From an uncultured Thermotogaceae bacterium (GTDB lineage: Bacteria; Thermotogota; Thermotogae; Petrotogales; Kosmotogaceae), in NCBI GenBank assembly GCA_964611155.1, contig CAZSXB010000004.1, forward strand, positions 915 to 64,914: DNA of 64,000 bases, written 5' to 3'. Both the position numbers and the translations under genes were made by a program. The notes beneath the pieces are model-generated. The model saw only the letters and a list, made by a program, of their open reading frames with translations, did not search any database and was not told the DNA's origin. Positions 7,544-15,791 of this stretch are shown here, one piece after another (position 1 is the stretch's first letter; each line of letters begins with the position of its first letter).

Positions 7544-8475
7544 CCCCCCAATACCCGGTGTTCCTGTATGAGTCTTCCTGATTTTGCTTCCCAGGGTCCG
7601 ATTTTCTTCTTGCCAGGAAGCTGGACCTCTTTTGTGAGAAGTGCTCCGCGCTCACAGGCAATAAGCATTCCTTGTTTGGTAATAGAAACGATTTCGCCAG
7701 GAACTCCTTCAACACTGTCTGAGATGACGCCTGAATTGAAGAGTTTCAATTCTGTCCCGTCAAGGAGTGCGAATGCTCCAGGGGCAGGGTCAAAAGCCCT
7801 GATTCTGTTACATACCAAGTGTGCATCGTCGAAACGGCTTATATGCCGATCCTTTTTGGAAATCTTTGGAGCTGTTGTGGCTTTGCTATGATCTTGGGGA
7901 AAGAGGCTGAATTCTTCCGAACGGAGCATGTCCATGAACTCCATAAGAGCTTGACAACCCAGGGTACACAAGCGAGACGAAAGCGACCCGAAAGTTTCGA
8001 ATTCCTGAACTGGAAGCCGCCGAGAAAGTGCTATAGGTCCACTGTCCATACCTTCATCCATCTTGAAGATCGTTACTCCCGTTACCTTCTCCCCATTCAT
8101 CAGGGCGCGTTGAATCGGTGCCGCTCCTCTGTACTTCGGCAACAGAGAAGCATGAACGTTGAAACAACCGAATCGTGGTAGTTCCAAAACCCTTTTCTTG
8201 AGGAGTTTACCAAAAGCAACAGTGATTATCACATCAGGATTCAAGGATCGCAGGAGTTCAATAACAGCGTCGTCGTTCACATTCTGAGGTTGAAAAACCT
8301 TGAGTCCTATTGAGCGAGCAGCCTTCTTTGCAGGGGTTTCTTCAACAACCATTCCCCGTCCTCTTGGCCTGTCCTTCTGGGAGAATACAGCAACCACGTT
8401 ATGGTCATTTTCAACGAGGACATGAAGGTGACTGGCAGCAAAATCGGGTGTTCCCATGAAGACAACTCGCATCAT
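7540..8475 (-). CDS. fmt: methionyl-tRNA formyltransferase
   Basis: MRVVFMGTPDFA N-terminus, NVHASLLPKYRGAAPIQ catalytic block and C-terminal tRNA-binding domain. Start overlaps the def stop (ATGA). Confidence 0.95.
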   Translation of the reverse strand: MMRVVFMGTPDFAASHLHVLVENDHNVVAVFSQKDRPRGRGMVVEETPAKKAARSIGLKVFQPQNVNDDAVIELLRSLNPDVIITVAFGKLLKKRVLELPRFGCFNVHASLLPKYRGAAPIQRALMNGEKVTGVTIFKMDEGMDSGPIALSRRLPVQEFETFGSLSSRLCTLGCQALMEFMDMLRSEEFSLFPQDHSKATTAPKISKKDRHISRFDDAHLVCNRIRAFDPAPGAFALLDGTELKLFNSGVISDSVEGVPGEIVSITKQGMLIACERGALLTKEVQLPGKKKIGPWEAKSGRLIQEHRVLGG

Positions 8476-8960
8476 GCATTACCTTTCATGATCTCAACAA
8501 GCTGTGGTCTCAAAGCGATCTTCTTCGCACTTGAGAGATAGTCAATGAAGAGACGACCATCAAGGTGGTCTGTCTCGTGCTGTACTATTCTGGCCGCATA
8601 ACCTTCAAGGAGTTCCTCAATAACCCTGCCGTCAATATCCTGGTAACGAACGTTCACTGAAGCCGGTCTCGAAATATCTGCGTAGATACCAGGCACACTG
8701 AGGCACCCCTCTTCCATAACAACAGTGTCGTTACCCGAAGAGACTATGACGGGGTTTATCATGACTTTGGAGCCACTCCCATCATCAAAGACAATGACCC
8801 TCTTAAGGACGCCTACTTGCGGCGCAGCCAGTCCGACCCCATCCTCTGTGTACATCACCTCAGTTAATCTCTCCACGAATTCCTTGAGATCATCGTCAAA
8901 GTCTGTGATCTTTGCAGATCTTTTCCTGAGAATGGGGTTTCCCACGTAGATTATTCTCAT
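8472..8960 (-). CDS. def: peptide deformylase
   Basis: The three PDF motifs are present: GLAAPQVG, EGCLS and HETDH (HExxH). Confidence 0.95.
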   Translation of the reverse strand: MRIIYVGNPILRKRSAKITDFDDDLKEFVERLTEVMYTEDGVGLAAPQVGVLKRVIVFDDGSGSKVMINPVIVSSGNDTVVMEEGCLSVPGIYADISRPASVNVRYQDIDGRVIEELLEGYAARIVQHETDHLDGRLFIDYLSSAKKIALRPQLVEIMKGNA

Positions 8961-9754
8961 CGTCTAACACCTTCCAGTAGTCTTCTGAGTTCAGCGGCAT
9001 ATCCAGGCACATTCATCATGGCTGTGATTGGCGTAATCGACACGTACCCCTCTCTGATTGCAGAATAGTCGGAGTCAGAACCGGGATCATCTTCAACAAT
9101 ATCACCAAACATCCAGTAATAGCTTTCTCCGAAGGGATCCTTCCGTTCTTCGAAGTAATCTTTGTATCTTCGTCTGCTCTGTCTTGTAACTTGCCATCCC
9201 CTTATCTCGTCTGGTGGTACTGCGGGCACGTTTATGTTCAGCGCAGTCATGTCCGGCATGCTTCGAGTATCATAGGTCTTCAGGAAATCAAGAAGAAACT
9301 CCGCGGAGGACTCATAAAGAGGGTCATTCCAATTGGCACAGGAGATGGCAATCGATGGTTTACCCATTATTGCACCCTCTAGAGCTCCCGAAACGGTACC
9401 TGAATAGAGAATGTCGGTTCCCAGGTTAGGTCCCCGGTTTATACCACTGACGACCAGGTCTATATGTCTCTTTGATATCGCGAGAAGTCCTAGCTTTACA
9501 CAATCAGCCGGTGTACCGTTTATCGCGTAACCAAGAGATCTTCTTCCAAGTTTTACCTCTTTTGCCCAGAGAGGCGTTCTTATAGTGATAGCGTGTCCCG
9601 TAGCACTGCGTTCAACATCGGGAGCAACCACGATCACATCATGTTCAGAAGATAAAGTCTCCGCCAGTATGGCAATTCCGGGAGACATTATCCCATCATC
9701 ATTAGTCAATAGGATATGCAGTTTGGGAACCTCCTGGATAACAACTAGTCTCAT
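8957..9754 (-). CDS. surE: 5'/3'-nucleotidase SurE
   Basis: ILLTNDDGI, GINRGPNLG and YSGTVSGALEG blocks. ATG 9754 lacks an SD, and an internal AGGAGGT precedes no good in-frame start, so the start is uncertain by about 10 codons. Confidence 0.9.
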   Translation of the reverse strand: MRLVVIQEVPKLHILLTNDDGIMSPGIAILAETLSSEHDVIVVAPDVERSATGHAITIRTPLWAKEVKLGRRSLGYAINGTPADCVKLGLLAISKRHIDLVVSGINRGPNLGTDILYSGTVSGALEGAIMGKPSIAISCANWNDPLYESSAEFLLDFLKTYDTRSMPDMTALNINVPAVPPDEIRGWQVTRQSRRRYKDYFEERKDPFGESYYWMFGDIVEDDPGSDSDYSAIREGYVSITPITAMMNVPGYAAELRRLLEGVRR

Positions 9755-9768
9755 AAAGATTCTACATC

Positions 9769-9803
9769 AAAAAAAGACGGGTTTGGAGAAGAACATAAAA
9801 CCG
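9769..9803 (-). terminator. weak candidate terminator downstream of the GGDEF operon
   Basis: Minus-strand imperfect hairpin CGGTTTT...AAACCCG (one mismatch, 12-nt loop) followed by T7. Confidence 0.3.
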
Positions 9804-9973
9804 ATGGTATCAGAAGCATGTCACTGAATGATCTGTGACGCATTATATCTTCACAAATATCTTCTCATTAGAGCGATACGAAAAGAAGCGCAGGGATCAT
9901 GTTCTGATCGAAAGCATTGTTTCATGTGAAGGATATTATTCCGCGCAATACAGAAGCCATTGCACTGCAGAAC

Positions 9974-10873
9974 TCATTCTTGTTCGTCCCAGAAGGCGAG
10001 CGAAACATCCTTTCTCTTCTTCGCATTATACAGAGCCTTGTCTGCACGTTCTATCAGTTCCAGGGGGTGTGCTACGTCAGAGCACTCACATAGACCAATC
10101 GATACGCTCAGGAAGCGTTCATCTCCAAATGCATGCTTTGCCACATTGTTGATAATCCTGCTGGAAGCGATTCTGGCTTCATTGTGAGTGGAACAAAGGA
10201 GCAAAGCGATGAATTCATCACCGCCATACCTTCCGAGAAAGTCACCTCGCCTGACGCTTCTCTCAAGGATACGTGCTAATTCAACCAGTATCTTATCTCC
10301 AGTCAGGTGTCCTTCAGAGTCGTTTATTTTCTTGAAACCATCAATGTCAATCATGGCTACAAAGAATCCATTTAGAGTCTCACGTTTGGCGTTTGCACTG
10401 TACTTGGCCAGGGCCTCCTGTATTGCCATACGGTTCGGAAGCTCAGTGAGGGGATCGACTCGTACCAATCTTTCAAGTTCATAAGCATGCTGCTTATATA
10501 GATGTTCGATATTCCTGTCTTGAAAAAGCAAGACGAGACCCGGCTCTTCCATTCCTCTTTCCACGGTTTCAGCGTAAACTCGTACTGGTCTGAGAGTCTT
10601 ATTTCTTGTGCGGAGCCAGAGATCTGACACGCCAAAGCCCGTTATCTTTCTGAGATCTTCGTCTTCTGGATGAACAGCAAAAGCCTGTCTTCCATACTCA
10701 TCTTCATGAATCAGTCCGCATTCTTCACACGATTTCCCTATTACTTCAGTTTTCAGGAAACCTGTGATGATTTCCGCACCCTTGTTCCAATCAGTTATTC
10801 TTCCCGTTGAGTCGACCACCATAATGCCCATAGGAAGTCTCATTAGAGAAGAAAGAATATGCTCTTCCTTCAT
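9974..10873 (-). CDS. PAS-domain diguanylate cyclase (GGDEF)
   Basis: PAS-like N-terminal half (RITDWNKGAEIITGF). GGDEF domain with an RYGGDEF active site and an RRGD I-site 5 residues upstream. ATG 10873 is preferred (GGGAGGA 5 nt upstream). The longest ORF starts at GTG 10891 and overlaps the acyP stop. Confidence 0.9.
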   Translation of the reverse strand: MKEEHILSSLMRLPMGIMVVDSTGRITDWNKGAEIITGFLKTEVIGKSCEECGLIHEDEYGRQAFAVHPEDEDLRKITGFGVSDLWLRTRNKTLRPVRVYAETVERGMEEPGLVLLFQDRNIEHLYKQHAYELERLVRVDPLTELPNRMAIQEALAKYSANAKRETLNGFFVAMIDIDGFKKINDSEGHLTGDKILVELARILERSVRRGDFLGRYGGDEFIALLLCSTHNEARIASSRIINNVAKHAFGDERFLSVSIGLCECSDVAHPLELIERADKALYNAKKRKDVSLAFWDEQE

Positions 10874-10887
10874 CTGTTCCTCCCTGA

Positions 10888-11157
10888 TCACTCGATGACG
10901 AACCCGGAAGTATCGGGGGCATCTACTGGTTCAATTTCCACGTCTGCAACCCTGGCCATCATCGGTCCTCTTCTCACATCTTCAAGAAAACTCTCTAGAG
11001 CACTCTTATCACCTGAGGCAACTATTTCCACTCTGCCATCGGTAAGATTTCTAACATAACCACAAATACCAAGCTTTCTCGCTCTTCGATACGCGAAGTA
11101 TCTGAAACCAACACCCTGTACTTCCCCGGAAAGCAGGACTTTGCAGCTCATCTTCAT
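10888..11157 (-). CDS. acyP: acylphosphatase
   Basis: VQGVGFRYF and GYVRNLTDGRVE signatures. About 89 aa from ATG 11157. The longest ORF (to 11226) would overlap the upstream gene. Confidence 0.85.
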   Translation of the reverse strand: MKMSCKVLLSGEVQGVGFRYFAYRRARKLGICGYVRNLTDGRVEIVASGDKSALESFLEDVRRGPMMARVADVEIEPVDAPDTSGFVIE

Positions 11158-11158
11158 A

Positions 11159-11800
11159 TCAAAGCCCCAGGTCTTCACCGACAAGGACGACAGTGTATCT
11201 GTTTTTTCTTGCATTTGAGTCTGCAATCACAGCGTATGACTCACATATTCGCTCGGTGCTGTTGCAATCCATGCAGACCCCGGTCGAGACGCAAGGTGTA
11301 TGAAGCTTAAGGCGTCTTGCGTTCATTGGAGCTATAGTCTTGATTCTCTTCAGGGCGCTGTCCATGTCTGCTACAATCTTATTCATCCCAACGATCAGGA
11401 CAACTTTCTTTGGTCCAAAAATCATGGGAGCCACGCGCGTTCCGAAGCCGTCTAGCTGTACGATCTCACCCTTCACAGTTAGTGCATTCACGCTTGCCAG
11501 AAAATAGTCTGCGCTGAATGCAGATTTGAAAATCTCTGAAAGCTTCTGCTTGTCGCTGGTACTATATCGATCAAAGAAGTCACAGTCATATTCCCGAAGG
11601 AAATCTATAACTCCCGTCTGCTGGAGTGTGAGTGAGCCGCCTACAGCCACTGTAGAGCCTTTGTCGATGATTCTTTCCAGAGCTTCTACAACCAGGCCAG
11701 ATTCCTCGAGGTACTCAGCATCTATGCCTTTGTGTGAAAGATTCTCGATGACAATCTCAGATAATCGCTCATACTTCCATTTCCACAGCTTCGATCTCAT
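11159..11800 (-). CDS. LUD-domain (DUF162, LutC/YkgG-like) protein with C-terminal Cys cluster
   Basis: 213 aa with LUD-type sequence (GGSLTLQQTG..., VLIVGMNKIV). C-terminal CVSTGVCMDCNSTERIC. The GAGG SD overlaps the upstream stop. Confidence 0.7.
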   Translation of the reverse strand: MRSKLWKWKYERLSEIVIENLSHKGIDAEYLEESGLVVEALERIIDKGSTVAVGGSLTLQQTGVIDFLREYDCDFFDRYSTSDKQKLSEIFKSAFSADYFLASVNALTVKGEIVQLDGFGTRVAPMIFGPKKVVLIVGMNKIVADMDSALKRIKTIAPMNARRLKLHTPCVSTGVCMDCNSTERICESYAVIADSNARKNRYTVVLVGEDLGL

Positions 11801-11807
11801 AGCAGCC

Positions 11808-12152
11808 TCAAAACGTTATGAATTCATAGTCTTCTTCCAGGTAATCAGAGAGTCGCACATGTCCGTTAAGTGAAGAGGAGATCGGAAGGGCCTCTCTTTC
11901 AGCTATTTCCAGAGCGCCTACCATCTTTGAACATGCAAGACATACTGCACCTATGGAAGGTTTAGCCTTCTTGTAGAGATCGTGAAGGGGATCATCTGTC
12001 CTGGTTATCTCCTTGAGCATTCCGGGTGATTCACCTTCCAGAATCATCACAACTTCAGCACCTCTCTCCATAAGATCGACCACATTCAGTAATGCGTGCA
12101 AAAAGCACGAACGCTGTCCTCTAAAAGCAAGTACTGCAACTCGCTTCATCAC
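11808..12152 (-). CDS. DsrE/DsrF-like family protein
   Basis: ~114 aa. The N-terminal beta-strand VAVLAF and the Cys pair CLAC resemble DsrE-like sulfur-relay fold proteins. This call is by eye only. ATG 12149 is an alternative start. Confidence 0.55.
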   Translation of the reverse strand: MMKRVAVLAFRGQRSCFLHALLNVVDLMERGAEVVMILEGESPGMLKEITRTDDPLHDLYKKAKPSIGAVCLACSKMVGALEIAEREALPISSSLNGHVRLSDYLEEDYEFITF

Positions 12153-12166
12153 CTGTCCTCACTCCT

Positions 12167-12484
12167 CTATTCAAAGAAAATACTATTCATCCTGATCGCG
12201 TAATTCATGTCGCCTTTGACTTTGAGTTTCCCTAACATAAAGGCAGTTACTGCACTCTTTCGACCGTCCATAATCGCTTCAAAAGTATCCAGATCTGTTA
12301 TTATTCTGCAGTTTGCGTCATCTGACGCTTCTTCTTCGATTATCAAGGAGCCATCCTTTACGGAAATGGTGAAGAACTCTGGATCGCCGTCTCTGATTTC
12401 AAAGGCGAACGTTCCTTCAAACCCTGAGAGCTTCTCCGGATCGAATCTTTCCTTCATTTTGTTGAGCGCTTCCCTGATGGTCAT
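12167..12484 (-). CDS. SCP2 sterol-carrier-like domain protein
   Basis: 105 aa with C-terminal block AFMLGKLKVKGDMNYAIRMNSIF, typical of SCP2 domains. GGAGGTG SD. Confidence 0.65.
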   Translation of the reverse strand: MTIREALNKMKERFDPEKLSGFEGTFAFEIRDGDPEFFTISVKDGSLIIEEEASDDANCRIITDLDTFEAIMDGRKSAVTAFMLGKLKVKGDMNYAIRMNSIFFE

Positions 12485-12662
12485 GTCACACCTCCGCGTT
12501 TTTCTTATAACGAGTTTACCATCTCACCTGTTCCAAACAGAAAGTGAATTCTTCAAACGATTGCGACTCAAACAATGCCTTGTTGAAGAACTCGGACAAA
12601 CATCTGCCCTGTAAACAAGCAGACACAGCGGCTCCAGCAGAGACTCTCTCAAGTGTCCCTCG

Positions 12663-15149
12663 CTAGTCAGAGAAAGGGAAAGCTATTTCGAAGTATGGAA
12701 GCGCACCACCTGAACCGAAGTTGATTCCAAGTTGAAAACGCAAACGTGCTCTTGAGTACAGATAAATCGTTTCGTACTTATAGATCAGAACTCTCCACAT
12801 AATCGTCTCTGCAAACAAGAGGGCAGTATCAATCCCGTACCCCTCTGAAGAGAAATGAACAAGTTGGCCGTAGTTTATATCTCGCCTGGAAAAGGGATAC
12901 TCAAAGCCAGCAGAAAAGCCCGCCAGAATCGGTGCTTCAGAATGAAAACCCTTGAATCTTATGGGAACAGCAGATGGATCTCCTACAGCAAAACGAGTAA
13001 CACCAGAGCTACTTAGAGTGAATCGATCACCAATCCACGCTGCCCTGAGTTCTATCATTCCGTCGACCGTGTTTGCCCGCAAGGTCTGGGTGTCTCTAAG
13101 GCTTATCGTTGCGCTGGCCATAGACAATCCGTTGAGCAAGAGGGCAGAGTCTGTGAGTTTAACTGAACCCGAAAGTGAGACCTTGAAAGGCAGTTGAGCT
13201 GTAGCCGTCCACCCGGCAGAAATGTTCCGTGTGATTCCGTAGTCCCTTGTGAGTGCAAGTTCGGCGAAAGAACCGGATTGAGCCGCAAAGAAGGATAGCT
13301 CAAGATCAACAAGCGAAAGTCTTCTCGATGAAATGTCAATCCCGAGAAAAGGCTTACTTAGCGAGCCATCGATGCCGAACGAGAGCATAGTCTTTGTAGT
13401 GCCTATCAGATCTTCGAAAACAGTACCTACCCCCATCCTTTCAGGGATGGTGTAGACGTTCTGCCAGTCAACAAAAAGGGAGTATGGACGAGCATCTTCA
13501 ATCATCTGCTCTTCCACATGAGGACAGCCTGTTTCAGAGGCTGTGATTATCTTGTCATGGAGTCCCGGAGAGAGGCTTATGACCCTCGAAGCAAGTGCAT
13601 GAGAGACGGTATGATATGTGCTTCCAGCAAGACTTGGCCAAGAGCACAGCCCAAACGCCTGAGTCGAAATGGCAATAGTGCTGGTTTCAGGGACGAAGAG
13701 ACCTATCAGAGAAAGGTTCCCCTCGATGATTGACAATGCAAGGCGCTGCTGTGACCAGTTCCCAAGGTTGAAGTCATGATCAAGATCGAGCAAACGTGTG
13801 TTCTGAAACCTGGCATCATGGATGAGCAAGAGACTCTTACCTTCACAGATCAGTTTTGCCGCGATATATCTTGAGTCTGGCGAGACTGTGAGTTGTCCCA
13901 ACCAGGAAAAATGCTGGACACAGTCGTAAAGCCGAACTCTTCTGGATGTTCTCAGCGAGTAGCTTTCCAGGTAATACCTTCCATTATCGTTGACAATCAT
14001 CGCCAGACGATCTCTTCCCATGAACTGCGCTGAAACAACACGATCCTGTATGAAGGTGAAATCAAGGTAGTTCTCTGTGATATAAAGCCTTCCCTGAAGA
14101 CACCCATCAACCTCCTCGAGTAGTGTAAGTGCTGTCGTCCCTTCAATAACGGAGAAGTCGAGTATCTCCTCTTCAACTGATAGAAGGGCGGTATCGTCAT
14201 GCATCAATGTTGTGAGACCGCTGGAAGTGTTAACAACAGAGTAGTAAGCATTTCCCTGAAATAACCTTGACATTCTGACCATATCGTTTGGCGAAAGCGT
14301 TTCGGGGCTAGTCTTAAGATCGGAGACGTTAACTGTATCAAAACGATTTCGGATATATCGAATATATTCGATACGAAGCTCATTGAATCTTTCACCGAAG
14401 ACTTCGCTGAATGCCCTGTCTACTCCAAGTAACATATTCAAGCCTGAACCAAAGTACCCTATTAGTTCAAGGATCTTCTCGTTTCCATGAACAGATGAGA
14501 GATATTCCATGAACGACAGAGCAAAGAGCGCTCTTGGGAGTGTCCCCCCAGGAGTAAAGCCAGAGATCAACTCCTCATCTGAGAAAGCTTTCTCTGAGCC
14601 AATATATGAGTGAAGAAAAGATAAGGCGTTAATGTCATTATTCACGTCTACAACACTCTTCATTCCAGGGTGAGTTAGAGCATCAAGAAGCCATAAGGGA
14701 ATGAACAGATTTAGAGCAGTGTATTCTTTGAAACTCCTCATAAGCCTGCTTGAGTCTTTCAGGATCAGATCTATTGCGAAAGTCTTGGCTACTTCAAAGG
14801 CTATGCTGTTCTCTATCCAGGATCCTGTAAACCAATCTGGGCTGCTATCCTGACAGACACCTATGTAGATTTTGTAAGGACTCAGCGCACGAACCACACC
14901 AACGTCGTTACAACCCGTAAGCACGAAGACAATACTCTGGTCCAGGTCATTGCGGAATTCTGCAATAAAGGTTTTTAAGAGCTCATTCGTGTAAGAGACT
15001 ATTCCTGCAACCAGGTCCTCCACATTCTTCTGATACACAAAGACTGCTTTATCTGTCTCATATACCATCCAGTCTGCAGAAGTCTGCGGTACAGAAAAAG
15101 ATGCTGTTATGAACAGGATGCTCAGAAGGAACAACGAGAATTTCTTCAT
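12663..15149 (-). CDS. large secreted hypothetical protein (possible propeller + C-terminal beta-barrel)
   Basis: Signal peptide MKKFSLFLLSILFITASFSVPQTSA from ATG 15149 (GAGGTG 6 nt upstream; longest ORF starts at GTG 15158). No catalytic motif recognised. The C-terminal ~250 aa have an alternating beta-strand-like pattern and end ...YFEIAFPFSD. Confidence 0.75.
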   Translation of the reverse strand: MKKFSLFLLSILFITASFSVPQTSADWMVYETDKAVFVYQKNVEDLVAGIVSYTNELLKTFIAEFRNDLDQSIVFVLTGCNDVGVVRALSPYKIYIGVCQDSSPDWFTGSWIENSIAFEVAKTFAIDLILKDSSRLMRSFKEYTALNLFIPLWLLDALTHPGMKSVVDVNNDINALSFLHSYIGSEKAFSDEELISGFTPGGTLPRALFALSFMEYLSSVHGNEKILELIGYFGSGLNMLLGVDRAFSEVFGERFNELRIEYIRYIRNRFDTVNVSDLKTSPETLSPNDMVRMSRLFQGNAYYSVVNTSSGLTTLMHDDTALLSVEEEILDFSVIEGTTALTLLEEVDGCLQGRLYITENYLDFTFIQDRVVSAQFMGRDRLAMIVNDNGRYYLESYSLRTSRRVRLYDCVQHFSWLGQLTVSPDSRYIAAKLICEGKSLLLIHDARFQNTRLLDLDHDFNLGNWSQQRLALSIIEGNLSLIGLFVPETSTIAISTQAFGLCSWPSLAGSTYHTVSHALASRVISLSPGLHDKIITASETGCPHVEEQMIEDARPYSLFVDWQNVYTIPERMGVGTVFEDLIGTTKTMLSFGIDGSLSKPFLGIDISSRRLSLVDLELSFFAAQSGSFAELALTRDYGITRNISAGWTATAQLPFKVSLSGSVKLTDSALLLNGLSMASATISLRDTQTLRANTVDGMIELRAAWIGDRFTLSSSGVTRFAVGDPSAVPIRFKGFHSEAPILAGFSAGFEYPFSRRDINYGQLVHFSSEGYGIDTALLFAETIMWRVLIYKYETIYLYSRARLRFQLGINFGSGGALPYFEIAFPFSD

Positions 15150-15254
15150 TCGGGACACCTCAGTTAATTATACATGCTTCCAGGGGGGCATACTCCAGGC
15201 AGCTGTTCTGTGTTAGTCTACTATATGCGAATCACTGGTTCACGGGAGAAGACA

Positions 15255-15755
15255 ATGACAAGAAAACTATCGGATGGAGCGATATGGTTAGCAATAGGTT
15301 TTCTGTCGTCGTATCTGGTTCACCTGTTTCCGATGTTTGTTGGACAGGTGCTCCTTCCGCTTCACTTCGTAGTCCTTCTTGCTGGAAAGCTATCGGGTCC
15401 CGCTGTAGGCAGTACAGTTGGTTTCGCTTTGCCACTCGTTACGGCCATAACACTGGGAAGACCTCCGCTTCAGCCACCGATTGCGCTCTTCATGTCTGCA
15501 GAACTGCTCTGTTATGGTCTGATTATGGGTTTGATGAAAGAGAAGAACGTTTACATGGCCCTGGTCTATTCCTGGATTGCCGGAAGGGTCGTGTTTTCTT
15601 TTGCGGTGCTGGTTGTTGGACCGATGCTGGGTTTACAGATGGACACATTCAGTTCATTGATGGTCTCGTTCGCTCTGGGGATTCCAGGAGCAATGGTGCA
15701 GTTTCTCCTCATTCCAACAATTTCTAAGAGAGTCAAACTGTCTCAAGAATCTTGA
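15255..15755 (+). CDS. ECF-transporter substrate-capture (S) component-like membrane protein
   Basis: ~166 aa with 5-6 TM helices. The LPLHFVVLLAGKLSGPAVG motif resembles the ECF_trnsprt family. Start is ATG 15255 after GGGAG. No EcfA/EcfT genes are adjacent. Confidence 0.6.
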   Translation: MTRKLSDGAIWLAIGFLSSYLVHLFPMFVGQVLLPLHFVVLLAGKLSGPAVGSTVGFALPLVTAITLGRPPLQPPIALFMSAELLCYGLIMGLMKEKNVYMALVYSWIAGRVVFSFAVLVVGPMLGLQMDTFSSLMVSFALGIPGAMVQFLLIPTISKRVKLSQES

Positions 15756-15791
15756 GAGGATTTGAAGAATAGAGAGAAAAGGAGCTGAAGG

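Noticed and set aside
9755-9973. 219-nt intergenic region as a possible ncRNA locus
   Set aside because: It holds only a weak hairpin plus T7 and promoter-like TATAAT/TAGAAT boxes for surE. I could not identify a stable conserved-looking structure.
15159-15254. Riboswitch upstream of the ECF S-component gene
   Set aside because: The leader is only ~96 nt. I could not find THI-box, FMN, preQ1 or cobalamin conserved cores.
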